Shown here: positions 1 through 12,062 of the stretch, piece by piece
Numbering within the stretch: the first letter of the stretch is position 1
How the letters are laid out: every line of letters begins with the position of its first letter
NCBI GenBank assembly: GCA_013239625.1
Contig: MU053810.1
Span: 4,496,071 to 4,560,070, forward strand
DNA: 64,000 nucleotides
Direction: 5' to 3'
Source: Lama guanicoe
Lineage: Eukaryota
Program-made: the position numbers and the translations under genes
Notes under the pieces: model-generated
What the model saw: the letters and a program-made list of their open reading frames with translations, nothing else
What the model was told of the DNA's origin: nothing
Databases searched by the model: none

Positions 1-906
1 AGTGCTAGTAAGACTGACTGCAACACGACCATCTTGAGAACTTGCCCCCTGTCTCCTGAGGTTGGGAGTGGGGACACAGTAGACTGTTGTATCCCTCAAT
101 TCTGAGAAATCTGGAAGAGGGTACACCATGACTGGTGAGCTGTTCTGATGTCAGGAGCAAAGGAAAGTTGTCAGGCTAAGATCAGCCGGCATGAGGACAC
201 CTTAGATTCTGTTCAATATGGCAGCCCAGAGGGGCAATGGGACCTCAACAGAGAAATGCTGAAGGTGGAATGCTAAATACCCAGGGGCTAAGAAAGGAGC
301 CACAGGCTGTACTAGAACTGCTGTGCCTGAGTCAGTAAGTGAGAGAAGACCTCAGACTGGGAGAATCTCTGAAGACCCCACAAAAGTGATCTTGGAGAGA
401 AAGAGCTGGCTTTCCACATTGGACATTTTCTCTCATGATGCTGTCCATCAAAGAGATGTTTCCTCTCCCTCTCACCTCTCTTCCATACCTCAACCTGGGG
501 AGATGGAGGTTGGTCTGAAACAACAATTAGTGAGTGAAGGAGGATGGGAATGAGAAAGATAGAGGAAACCAAACACACTCTTTATGTTGAAGACACCAGC
601 TTACCTGCAGGCAGTCTTGGATGGGAGATGATGATGGTTAGCTTTGAGTGATGGTTCAAGGGCTGATGAATACTGAGCTAGACATTCTTATCTCTGAAAT
701 GAGATTGTGTTTTGTAACCAGCAGAGAATGTAGAACCTTTTCTTAACTAGGAATGATCAGCAAAATCATAGTTTTGCGGAGTTTTCATCGGCAACAGGGG
801 AAGAGCTAATTTCTTTGATCAGGCTTAAAGGGACAGTCACAGGCAAAAGCAGTGCTCTTTCATGACTGCAGCTGACATAGCTGGTTTGATCAGTGTGCCG
901 TTTACA
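1..906 (+). mobile_element. Ancient LTR, LTR78-like (5' end outside the window or degraded)
   Basis: The 3' part (gagttttcatcggcaacaggggaagagcta...ttaaagggacagt...gtttaca) resembles the recalled LTR78 3' end and finishes in ...TACA. Highly diverged; family assignment from memory. Confidence 0.45.
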
Positions 907-1147
907 TTTGAATTCTGGTGAAGTGCCCCAGGAGAAGTACAAATAAAGAGCTCTGAGAGGTCAAGTAAAAAGTGCTCGCTTCTAGCTGGAGTGGAAGTGT
1001 GCCCAAGGAAAGGATGCATGGAGAAGGAGGCACATGCATCAGACCTTAAAGATAGTGATTTAAATGTGCAGAGATTTGGGATGGAGTGGCTCTGAAGCTT
1101 TGTTAAAAGCATTTCTAGCAGAGCAAACAGCATTGAAAAAACAAGGA

Positions 1148-1350
1148 ATGTGTCAATGTAGATTCATCCTTGGTAAAAAAAAAAAAAAAAAAAAAAAAAA
1201 GTACCATTCTGGGGAGTGATACTGATAACAGAGGAGGCTATGCCTGGGTGGGGGCAGGAGGTCAGGGGGGATATGGGAAATCTCCCGACTTCCCACTCAA
1301 TTTGTTGTAAACCTAAAACGACTCTGTAAAAATTGTCTTTAAAAAAAATA
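1148..1350 (+). mobile_element. L1MC-type LINE-1 3' end fragment containing an A26 run (1175-1200)
   Basis: tgtcaatgtagattcatc...gtaccattctgggg...gatatgggaaatctc...ctcaatttgttgtaaacctaaaac matches the typical old L1M 3' UTR terminus and is followed by an A-rich end. Confidence 0.75.
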
Positions 1351-1834
1351 GGCAAGGAGACAGGGAAACATAGCAGGTGCATGTAGAGTAGCAATTAGTT
1401 CCATTTGGCTGAAGCCAAGCATGGGGCAATAATGGACAGCAAGGTAGAAAGTGTTGGCCTCCAGCTTGGGCGAAAGGCATAAGGCGTGCTTGTCAGCAGG
1501 GAGTCCGCAGAAAAGGCAAGGAAGCAAGGGCGAGGCAGGCGACCGGGGCAAAAGGAGAACCCCTGTGGCTGAGGTGACCTTCGTGGGAGGTAGCCTCATG
1601 TCTACCTTACAGTGTCCAACAAGGTACAAGACGTCGGTTTTTATCTAGGTAGACCGAGTTGATATCAAAGAGGGGCTGTGATGACTAAGGCGTGAAAACA
1701 AGGAATTTTAGGCAATGGGGATGATAAATGCAATAAGTTGTACTTGAAGGTAGTCATTTCATCTTGGAGTAGGGTTGTGAGTCAGGTCTGTATAGATGGG
1801 AAAAGCTTCTTTTCAGACGGGCTGCTCCAACACG

Positions 1835-1910
1835 TCAGTTCTGTGACCTCTGACAAGTAATCTCACTTCTCTAAGCCTCAATTGCTTCATCTATGAAGCA
1901 GTCAGTAATA
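1835..1910 (+). mobile_element. MIR SINE core fragment
   Basis: tgtgacctctgacaagtaatctcacttctctaagcctcaattgcttcatctatgaa resembles the MIR core. Confidence 0.6.
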
Positions 1911-2910
1911 TATGAGCCCTCAATAGACACAAAGATTGTCCAGCATGGTGCCTGGCAACCAGGGAAGCCACCTCTCTTCTCTTCCTTCAAAAGGAGGAGG
2001 ATGGAGATTCCTGATATGCAGGCTGCTTATCAGGATATGGTCCCCGTCTTGGTGAGGGAACTAGAGGAAAAATCCAGAACCCACAGCAGATGCCCTGTTT
2101 CGTGGAACAAGTCGTCAGTGGGAATGAGGGGGGGAGGCCTTAGGACAGTGGGTCTTCAGATCCCCTCAGCATTGAGGTTGGGACGAGGAACACCCCTCCT
2201 CTGGCAATTCTGAGTCTGCTGGCCTTGGGTGGGATTGGCTGAGGGACTGGGTGGGGCTGAGTTTGCAGGTCACAAGTCCTCAGTGTTTTAAGATCATCTG
2301 GGAGGCAGGAGAAAAATGGAGAGTGGGGAGCAGGAGTTTGAATGTTATTCCAGTACAGCCTCAGGCTCGGAAGGAGGGCAGGGATGGGAGAGGGGAGAGA
2401 CCTGAGACGTCACATGTCACTGCAGCCAGGCAGGTGACGGGGTGATGGGACAGCTCAGAGAGTGAAAACAGCATGGACCACTGCCTGGAAGCAGAAAGAA
2501 ATGTAAGAGTCAAGGGATGGGCTCTCGTCATAGTTCTGCTAAGCTTTCTGAGCCTTGATTTCTCCAACCATCCCATGGACTTACAGTGACATTTCACTTA
2601 CCCATAGGCTGTGATCTGAAACTTCCTCTATGCAAAATTCAGCCAAAACAGAAAAGTAAATTAGAATGGTTTGTATTTTTTGACTAGATACAGCCTTTTT
2701 AGTGAGTTTACAGTAATATAAGGCAACAGCCTCCTTACTTTAGAATCTCAAGTAAGTAATATTTACAAAGAAAACCACCAATGCGGATTTTTTGAGCCTG
2801 GTTCTTCTAGAAAACGTTGGCTGAGCATTTAACTCTATGCTGCCAGGACACCTGGCTGGCCCTTGAAATTAGCTCAGCGTGAGACTGAATTACTCATATT
2901 GTTCAATTTT

Positions 2911-4247
2911 TAAATTTTTTTATTTATTTGTATTTTTTTAAACAGTGATAAAATATACTTTTATTTAGTTTGGTGAGTCAGAGGATCGTAAAAAATATTA
3001 TTGCTAAAGTAGATATCAGGCAAACAGAAAGGTGCTTTAGAAGTCCAGTTACCTTGGAGTTTAAACTAAGGGAAAGAGGTCATAATGTTTCCATGCTATA
3101 CATACTTGGTTCTTTAAATAACAATTATACAAACAACAGAATGAATTAAGGAATGCTGCACTTGTGATTCATACAAAACACCAACATTTTGCATTGTACA
3201 TAATTTAAAGAAATGCCCCAAACACTTTTCAAAATACTGTAGTAGCCAATACATAGACACATGCCTTAGGTGGCCACAGGAATGCAGTTTAGAAAGGGAA
3301 GAAAAAAAATCACACTGGAGCTACTCAATTACTTCAGAATCTCACCGGGCAAGAAAAGCAACATTGAGCTTCCATACTGATTTTACGTAACTTCTATGCA
3401 GTACTTTGACTTAAGTCCAAGAGCGAAAGTTAAGACTCTTCTCCTCTATTTTTGGTAAACAACTGCATGGTAAACTTAGATGACTTTTCCCCCTGGATTT
3501 TACCTGGGCGTGGCCTTTTAAACTTTTTATTTAAAAGAGGGCAGGTTTGGCACTTTCATACTGATGTCACCCATGTTAATATTTCTTGGGATCTCAGGAA
3601 GATTCACATTCTTTACAGCTGATACAGTCCGGGCTGGAGCTCCCGCTAAGCCAGCCTCAGACGTCTCCAGTTTGTTCTGTGCATCAATCTGTGTAACAAT
3701 CTCATTCATGTTGGTCTCCAACACCATTCCCCCATCACCATTTCTGCAAGAATATTGTGTATCTCGTCTACATGGAAAGTCAAATCCAGTTCACAGACAT
3801 TTTCAAAACACTTGTCTAATGTTTCCACAAATACTTGAATTAGATCTAAAATGCCAAGTTCACTTTCAGAAGAATCCACACAGAAGACAAAATATAATGT
3901 TGCTTAATGTCTATAAATCAGTTTTGTCGTCAGATCCTCCAATTAATAATCCTCCTTTTAGGAAATTACAAACATTTTCATCTCTCTTAAATTCCAAATG
4001 GCATGTCTCTCTGATGGTTCGCTGTGGTGTATCTTCACTGTAGGGCTGGTAGAACTTGGAGAGCTGTGGTTTTCCTGTGGTGGCTAAAGATGAGGATCGC
4101 CTTAATCATGGTTGAGTCGGGGGAGACGGGGTGGGGGCTCAGGGCCAGGGCCGGGGTCGGGGGAGTGGTGTGTGAGCCTCACATCAGGATCTTGCCATTG
4201 GCAGTCCCTCCCCACCCATGCCCTCATGCCCCTGAGCTGTGGGCGGG
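2911..4247 (-). pseudogene. AP3S1: Processed pseudogene of AP-3 complex subunit sigma-1; CDS-equivalent 4109->3527
   Basis: The minus strand reads MIKAILIF from the ATG at 4109, continues with no introns through ...LDLIQVFVETLDKCFENVCELDL... and ends VPNLPSFK-stop at 3527. Disabled by +1 frameshifts at 4070-4073 and 3922-3925, a TAA at 3904-3906 and a -1 frameshift at 3729-3733. GC-rich 5' UTR, about 590-nt 3' UTR, AATAAA at 2965-2960, decayed poly(A) about 2911-2939. TSD atattgttcaatttt (2896-2910) / atatttttcgatttt (4248-4262), 13/15 identical. Confidence 0.95.
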
Positions 4248-4330
4248 ATATTTTTCGATTTTCGATGGCTTACACAACATAAAGTGTACCCTAAAGGTCG
4301 ACAGTGTTGCCACAGTTGAAAAGATTATTT

Positions 4331-4488
4331 GGGAATTTTGTTGTTTGTTTGTTTTTGGACCAGGGAGGTATTTAGGTTTATTTATTTACCTATTTATTCA
4401 TTTATTTTAACAGAGCTACTGGGGATTGAACCCAGAACCTCGTGCATGCTAAGCATGCACTCTACCGCTGAGTTGCACCCTCCCCACC
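4331..4488 (-). mobile_element. tRNA-Ala-derived SINE (camelid Vic-1 type), long-tail form
   Basis: The reverse complement reads ggggagggtgcaactcagcggtagagtgcatgcttagcatgcacgaggttctgggttcaatccccagtagctc followed by an AAAT-rich tail. A and B boxes present. TSD aaagattattt at 4320-4330 and 4491-4501. Confidence 0.9.
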
Positions 4489-5559
4489 TGAAAGATTATT
4501 TTAAATGTTCCATAAACCCTGGTGTCAGGGTCCAAAGTGGGGTATTAAAGGTGGCTTGAATGACGGTGGCATCATTAAAGTGACGTGACTCCTTTGAAGG
4601 GGACAGTGCTCATTTACTATGTAAATTCTGGCATATTCTGGCATATTTATTTTAAAAATGCATCCCATAGAGTCACATTTGAGAAAGCACTGATTATTAT
4701 TAATCCCTTTATAAAAGTAGAAAGATTGATGTCATATTGGATGCTGCCTGGGAACCTGGAGATTGCAGACCTCAAGTTCACCCTCACTGCTGTGGGCAGG
4801 ATTAGTGTTCTGTCTCTGCCCCTGACAGTCAGGCAGGTTGAAGACTGAATCCTGCCAAGACTCAACGACTACAGGTGCCCGGGCTTGTCGCCGAACATCC
4901 CCGGGCCGCAGGAGAGCGCCTTCCCAGTGGTGATTCAGAACAGAGGCTGACACTTTGCAAACAGCATTATCTTCAGCTCCACCTACACCTCCTTTGAAAG
5001 GCCGCACCACATTTGGGCACATCTGCTTTTCTTGAGATGTCTAGTCTAGCGCCATGAAGGTGGGCCCAGAGCCAGCACTCTTTGCCCAGACTTTGTTTCA
5101 AATTATTGTGAACTGCGTTCATTTTTAAAGTATGTAGTTTTAAAATGTAGGGTAAAATCCTATTATTACATGAAGTATCATAAGCCATTTATAACTCTAC
5201 CAGGATGTGCCAAGCCTGAAAATGGGAACAGTAAAGGCAGTATGTGGCATTTGGAAGGTTTTAGAATTATCAAATCTTAATGACTATGAAGCATTAAGAT
5301 TTAACTATCTATGTATTCTCTTACTAAACTGTGTTATGACATCTTATTAAAGACACTTCTTTTCTACGCAGGGTCTTATAAAGCCACGGTTTAGGTAGAC
5401 ATGTCAGTTCATAATCGGCAATCCTTTCAAATGCACAAATGATTTTGGGGGATTTATTTAATTGCAGAGGTTGTTTGCTTTGCTTTAAATAACCAAACTT
5501 AACATCTAGAACTAACATTCTTAATGTAGATTTGGAAAACATAAAAGAAAAAATTTTAA

Positions 5560-6940
5560 TCTATAGATAATGACAGTTAACAATAAGACTTGATCAAAAA
5601 TTAAAACTTACTCTGCAAAACACACCACTGAAAGAATAAAAAGACAAACTATGGACTGGGAGAGAATATTCCCAAATCACATAGTTGACAGAAAACTTGT
5701 ACCCAGAATGAATAATGAACACTTAAGACTCAACAGTTAGAAAACAACCTAATTAAAAGCAGCAAATGACTTGCACAAACATTTAACCATAAAGGAGCTT
5801 ATATGGCTGTCAAATAAGCACATGATAAGGTGTTCAACATCATTAGTCATTAGGAAAATGCAAGTTAAACCATGATAAGATACCACGATTAACCTATTAG
5901 ACTAGATAAAGTTTAAAGACTGGCAATACCACGTGTGGGGGAGAATGCAGAGCGAATGAAACTCACATGCCACTGGTGGGGATGCCAAATGGTACAGCCA
6001 CTCTGGAAGACAGCTTGGCAGTTTCTTTTCAGGTTAAACATACACTTACAATATAATCCAGCAATCCCATTTCTAGGTATTTACCCTAGAGAAATGAAAA
6101 CTTGTGTTCACACAAAAACTACTATACAGATATTCATAGATTTATTTATAATCTCCAAAAACTGGTGACCACCTTAATCTTATCAGAGGGGGAGTGGGTT
6201 AAACATACTGTGATAAATACTGTTGACCTAAAACAAATAGACAGCCAGCTATTTCTCCAGCAAAGATGGGTTTATTCGAGATCAGCAGAGAACTGCAGTT
6301 CTGAATCTGCAACCATGGTGAGCCATGTGCAAGTCCTGGAAGGGCGAGGCAAGGAAAATGCTTTCATAGAGGGGAAAAGGAAGTTGGGAGGACTATCGTA
6401 AACAAAAAGTCCATGGCTTGTCATTGGCTGAGTTCTTGCCAGGAAAGAAGTCTTTCTTTGTCCTGTTGGACAATCAGTGCAGGGGATGACAGCTCCCCTT
6501 CTGATCTCTGAACTCTGAGGTTTCTGTTTATTAAATTTTTTACAATTCATGTAAGGGAATGGTCCTCATCCATAAAACGGAATGAAATTTTGATACATAC
6601 TTGTATATATTAAACAACTTGTATAAATCGGAAGATAGTTATGCCGATTAGAAGAAGTCAGAAAAAAAAGTTTACCTAATATATGACTCCATTTATATGA
6701 CATTCTCAAAAACCAGAAGGATAGTGACAGAAGATCAGTGGTTAGGTGTTAGGGGATGTGTGACCACAACTGGATAGCAAGAGGGAACTTTGCTGAGTGA
6801 TAGAACTTTTAGGTATCCTGATGGTCGTAGCAGTTATATGAAACTAGATATGTGTTTAAGTTCATGAAACTGTTAAATTCATAGCCTACACACATACCCA
6901 CACAAAAATCAACTTTGTTGTATATCAATTAAAAATAAGT
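5560..6940 (+). mobile_element. Old LINE-1 (L1M-type) ORF2 3' end and 3' UTR, interrupted by a solo LTR at 6221-6544
   Basis: ORF 5935-6168 retains L1 ORF2 C-terminal motifs (CHWWGCQMVQPLWKTAWQFL, YNPAIPFLGIYPRE). L1 3' UTR-type sequence resumes after 6545. Confidence 0.85.
6221..6544 (-). mobile_element. Solo LTR, ERV1-like, nested in L1
   Basis: TG...CA termini, AATAAA on the minus strand about 50 nt from its 3' end, and a 4-bp flank atac/attc compatible with a mutated TSD. It cleanly splits L1 sequence. Confidence 0.75.
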
Positions 6941-8721
6941 AACAGCATGACTAGGCATAGGGACTAGGGTTTCTATGAGATAAAAATAATTTTATTGGTA
7001 AATTATGACAGCATAAAAATTTTTTAAAGTAGTTCCAGAATTTTAGTGGTCTTTATCCTATAGGTTACAGCATATTTGAGAGCAGTCATCACATTTTTGC
7101 AGAAAAAGATTGTCCTCTCCCCTTTCCCAGCTTAGAAATCTTTATTTTGCAATATTCAGGCCATCACAGAATTTGTCTAGTCATCCACACTAATCTTTTT
7201 CATACAGTTGCTCTGCACTGCTGGCATGTAAATTTTGATAATGGAAAGAGTTACTTGATTAAGAAATTGAGTCTTTGTTCAAGGGTCTCCTGAGGTTTTC
7301 TTTGGTGATGGAAACAAAATGATCCAATGCACAGAGTTAGGGAGCTTGCCTTCCCAGACTGTAAGTGGACAGAGGTCTGCGGACAGGATAGAGCATGAGG
7401 GATGTAAAAGATGACCCCTTGGAGATAGAAGGAATGATTTCTGGATCAAAGAGTATCTTATTCAAAGTCCAGAGATTTCCGTTGTATTGAAGACTAATCC
7501 TGCCTGCTTGGCTCAAAATTGCACAAAGGGGAGTTTTTTGGAAGGACAAAGGATCAGCTCAGGATGTAGTGAAATGCAAATTCTTAAGTTGAAGTGAGGT
7601 CGTTTTCTTGCCTTGACTATGGATTCAAGCCCTCAGGTATTTAGTGAGTGACAGTGTCCTGATCTCTGCTAGCGTGTTCTAGCTGGAAGACTTGGTTTGG
7701 GGGAGGCGGCTGGCCTCCTTTGAGTCGTGGTTCTGGCACAGGTGACTCCATGCTCGCACCTCCGTGATCTGTCTTTAGGCTCTCAGGGCTTTTGTGACTT
7801 CGTGGCAACCACACTGAGAAAGGAGGGCTGGGTGATTTCTTTGTGGGGGTGTCGAGCCTTTGGGTATTCAGTTTTGGCAAATTTTTAAAGTGACAAATAT
7901 CTCAATGAGAAATAAACTTGAGATGTATCGTGGATGAGAATGATAATAACTATTTCTTCCAGAACAAATGGATTAAAAAAAAAAGAAAGAAAGGAATACA
8001 TGAGAGTTAGTGTTGATCTTGCAACAGCATTTAAATATCTGTGCGGGTTGGGTAAAGAATTTATTAGCAATGTTTTTCACCCTCAGATGGTTATTAGCAT
8101 TGTAAATTAGCATTGTTCTTAACCCTCTGATGATTCCATTGGAGAGGGTCAGATCATGACTCCAGAGTATTTCTGTGGAATTCTGAGTTCAGACACTGGA
8201 TTGAACAGCTGTGGTCTAATTATATTCAGCCACTGTTCCTTAACAAATACGTATCTGAGGTTCATCAAACTTCTGATGCCAAAAAGACATAGAAGATAAA
8301 AGCCAATTGAATCTGATCTCTACTTTGGATCACTTGGAAGGAGCCAAGATCAACACATATTTATGTAGTACAAGTTTATGGCGCTGTCATATTTATTTTT
8401 TAAATGATATTTTAATTGACTTATTAAAAATTAGAACCAAGTAACCCACAACAATGATGATAATATAAATAATGATTAGATTCTTAGGCTATCCTTTGAG
8501 GATCTATTTAATCTATAATAAACCTGGACCTTGGAAACTTATCATCACATACAACCTCTTTCTCTTGGAAAATGTATTTCAATTTCAGACACAGAATAGA
8601 AGGCACACACTGTTCCATCCAGGCAGCTAAGGAAGGACCCGTTTACCCTCTCACTGGGTGACCCAGTGGGCAGACTACACTTTTTCTCAGGATAGAAACA
8701 AAGCACAAACACTAAAATCCT

Positions 8722-9044
8722 TGCTATGGGGTGAAAATTTGTGTCCCCCTCAAATTCACATGTTGAAATCCTAGTCTCCAAGGTGACAGGACCTTTGGGA
8801 GGTACACGGTCATGAGGGCAGAGCCCTAATAATTGAGATTAGTGCCCTCATGAAAGAGACACAGGAGAGCTAGCTTGCCCCTTCTGCCATGTGACAGCAG
8901 ACAGCAGTCTGCACCCCAGAGGGTCCTCACTAGAACCTGATCTCGGTCTTCCGGCCTCCAGAACGGTGAGGAATACACTTCTGTTGTTTATAAGCCACTC
9001 AGTCTCTGGTATTTTTGCTCTTGCAGCCTGAAGAGACTAAGACA
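8722..9044 (+). mobile_element. MaLR LTR, MLT1A-like
   Basis: Begins tgctatgg...tgtgtccccctcaaattcacatgttgaaatcct and ends ttctgttgtttataagccactcagtct...gactaagaca, which are typical MLT1A termini. Confidence 0.85.
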
Positions 9045-9402
9045 AACAAACAAAAAAAATTGAATAAAAATGCTTTATATATTTATATTTGAGACGAAGA
9101 TTTGAGCACTCATGGGAAAAATTAGAACTTTGTTGAGCTTCCTTAATTCAGTTTAATTAACTTTTCTGTCGACTCATATAGAGAGATTGCCAGCGCCTCA
9201 GGAAGTCCTACTCAGGCTTCACTCCCTCAACCCTGTCAACCTATTTCTTTCTTCCTCAGTTCCCAAAGTGTTGGTCCCAGTGATGGAACCTGCACTTGGG
9301 GTGTCGTATCCTCCAGGGAAGCAAGCAGTGAGGGCCCTGGCAGAGGTGGGCTTTATGACACGGAGTGGCTAGGAGGGTAAATCTTCTGTTAAGCGTTAGT
9401 AC

Positions 9403-9436
9403 CACACACACGCACACGCACATGCACACACACACG
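9403..9436. repeat. Imperfect (CA)n microsatellite
   Basis: cacacacacgcacacgcacatgcacacacacacg. Confidence 0.8.
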
Positions 9437-9449
9437 AACAGTAATTATT

Positions 9450-9605
9450 AAAAAGGGTGTGGGAGGAACTTTTGGGAAGTGATGGATATGATTATGGTCT
9501 TCATGGTGGTGATGGTTTCATGGTTGTATACTTATCCCCAAACTCATGAAGTCGTAAGCAACTAAAACATACACAGCTTTGTACATACCAGTAATGTAAA
9601 GTGGT
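9450..9605 (+). mobile_element. Old L1 (L1MD/ME-type) 3' end fragment
   Basis: ggaacttttgggaagtgatggatatg...ggtggtgatggtttcatggttgtatac...caaactcat is typical of old L1 3' termini. Confidence 0.65.
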
Positions 9606-9934
9606 TTCTTGAGTCAAGTAAAGTCAAGTGGTTTTTCTTGAGTTTCAACTAGAAATTGACCAGAATCAAAAGTTTGATCCAAGTGTTCAGAACCAAAGTT
9701 TGATTTGGGGAATGTTCAGAAACCAGCCTATTGAAGATGAAAGTCATTTGACTAAAATAAAAAAGAGACACAATTTATTGATTATACTGAAGTTGAAATT
9801 GGGTGATAATAACTATTCCCCTGTGTCTCGTGACTGGGTTCAGCTTACCTGTCACACAGGAAATTTCTACATAAGGCCAGGCAGATCCTGTACACATACA
9901 CTGATTCTCCTCTTCATTCCTTTGCCTTTCTACT

Positions 9935-10330
9935 TGGAATGTAATATGAGCCACATATGTAATTTTAAATTTTCTAGGGGCCACATTTTAAAAAAGTAAA
10001 AAGAAGTAGGTGAAATTAATTTTAATGATGTATTTGATTTAACCTGATAGTTCGAAACTATTAGCTCAACATATAATCAATATTAAAAACATTAGTGAGA
10101 TATTTTCCACTCTTCTCTTTTTACTAAGTCTTCAAAATTCAGTGTGTATTTTTCCCTCCAGCACAACTCAATTCAGACATTAAATTTTCATTAGAAATAC
10201 TTGATCTGGATTTAGACTTCATAAAATTTACAATCGAAAATGCAGATTCACATACTCAAGTTGTCCCAAACATACCTCAATGTTTTCATATAAGTTAATC
10301 AAGTGTTTAAATTTATGTATATAGATTGAG
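9935..10330. mobile_element. hAT-Charlie DNA transposon remnant (MER33/MER3-like)
   Basis: atgagccacatatgtaattttaaattttctaggggccacattttaaaaaagtaaaaagaa...gtgaaattaattttaat matches the recalled MER33/MER3 consensus. Confidence 0.7.
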
Positions 10331-11398
10331 GGGCCTGGACAAGGGGATCTCTTTGCTAAATTATATGATTCAACATTCTTAGACATGGCCTTCGTGTGGG
10401 TAAGTGTCAAGGCATTATCTTGATATAGATGAGGTGGTTTGGAGAAAGAATGAAAACTGCAAAGAAGATGCTAGGGGCTTTTGTTAGAAAGATGAAGAGA
10501 AAAATACCAGTGGAGACAGGTGGGCAGAGTAACTGTCAACCTTGAATACTGTTGCGAGCTTAAAAAGGACAAACAAGTTCAGCCTCCCAGAATGTCATGT
10601 GACAAAGAACTGTTACTGAAAACATCACAACAGCCCCCGTGGGTTTAAAATAAAAAATGAGTGAGGGTGGGGGGAGGGCAGGGTGGAACCCCTGGGTACT
10701 GTTCTTGATACTAAAACACCAGCATATATACAAGAAGAAAAAAACGCATTATTACTACCCTCAAAAACCCAAACTACCATAATTCCACAGCAGAGGTAAG
10801 ATGTGAATCTACACCAGGCTGAAATTATTTTCTTGCACCATTAAAAGTAGGGCAGAGAGGAGAAATAGGAGGGAGCAGTTCACCGATTGTTTCAGGTAGA
10901 TTCTTCAGGGTCGCAAAGGACACAGCGATACACAGTTTTCTTTAGTTGAAGAACATTTAAAGTTAAATAAAGAAATAAGGAGGGAAGTGTCTCCATAGCT
11001 GCACAGAAACCTCATGGACCAGGAAGGCCATACAGGATACAGCTGGAGTCGTGCTGCTCTCTGGACACAACAGCTGTTGTCACGCAGTTATCTTCTCATC
11101 CCAGAAACCCAGGGGCTCAGCTGCCTTCTCTTTCTGTTCTTCTTTTGCTACTGTAACTTCTTAGAGAATCCTCCCCGTGTGTCCCCTGTTCAGTCTCATT
11201 GTGTTTGATTGGTTCAGCGAGTCACCACTGAGCTGGGGATACCTGGCCGCTCCTATGCAAGCCACCAGTCTCTGGGTGAGTAATACGTACTGCACCTGTT
11301 GGCTGTCTGCATCGTTAGACTAGACTTAAATCTGTACATTCTAGATGGAGAAGTGAGAAAATGAAGGATCTAGCAATAAATAAGAAACCTAGAATTTA

Positions 11399-12062
11399 GA
11401 AACCTAAAAACAGATTTACCATATGATCCAGCAATCCCACTCCTGGGAATACATCTGGAAAAGATACATGCACCCCAGTACTCACAGCAGCACCATTTAC
11501 AACAGCCAAGACATGGAAGCAACCTAAATGTCCATCAACAGATGACTGGATAAAGAAGATATACACACACACAGACACATACATGTATATGTATATATTA
11601 TATATAGAATGGAGTATTACTCAGCCATGAAAAAGAATGAAATAATGCTATCTGCAGCAACATGAATGGACCTAGAGATCACCATACTGAGTGAAGTAAG
11701 TCAGGCAGAGAAAGACGAATATATAATATCACTTACATTTGGAATCTAAAAAACAGTACAAGTAAACTTATTTACAAAACAGAAATAGACTCACAAACAG
11801 AAAATAAACTTACGGTTACCAAAGGGGAAGGGTGGGCAATAAATTGGGAGTACAGGAGTAACAGATACAAACTACCATATATAAAATACATAAACAATAA
11901 GGATTTACTCTATAGCACAGAGAATTATATTCAGTATCTTATAATAAACTGTAATGGAAAAGAATGAAAAATACAGGTATTTACATATATGTGTATAACT
12001 GAATCACTTTGCTGTACACTTGAAACTAACACAGTCTTGTAAATCAACTATACTTCAATTAA
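11399..12062 (+). mobile_element. 5'-truncated LINE-1 (younger, cetartiodactyl-type 3' end)
   Basis: ccatatgatccagcaatcccactcctggg...aatcaactatacttcaattaaaaa. TSD aaacctagaattta (11385-11398) / aaatcaagaattta (12063-12076), 12/14 identical. Confidence 0.9.

Noticed and set aside
3527..3727. 66-aa ORF matching the AP3S1 C-terminus as a functional gene
   Set aside because: It is only the last open segment of the frameshifted retrocopy and differs from recalled AP3S1 at about five otherwise conserved residues.
3564..4043. 159-aa plus-strand ORF
   Set aside because: Antisense shadow of the AP3S1 pseudogene CDS; no independent coding evidence.
4263..4488. SINE Pol III promoter driving the adjacent same-strand retrocopy
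   Set aside because: A TTTT run on the minus strand (plus-strand aaaa at 4319-4322) lies between them and would be expected to terminate Pol III. The two insertions also have separate TSDs.
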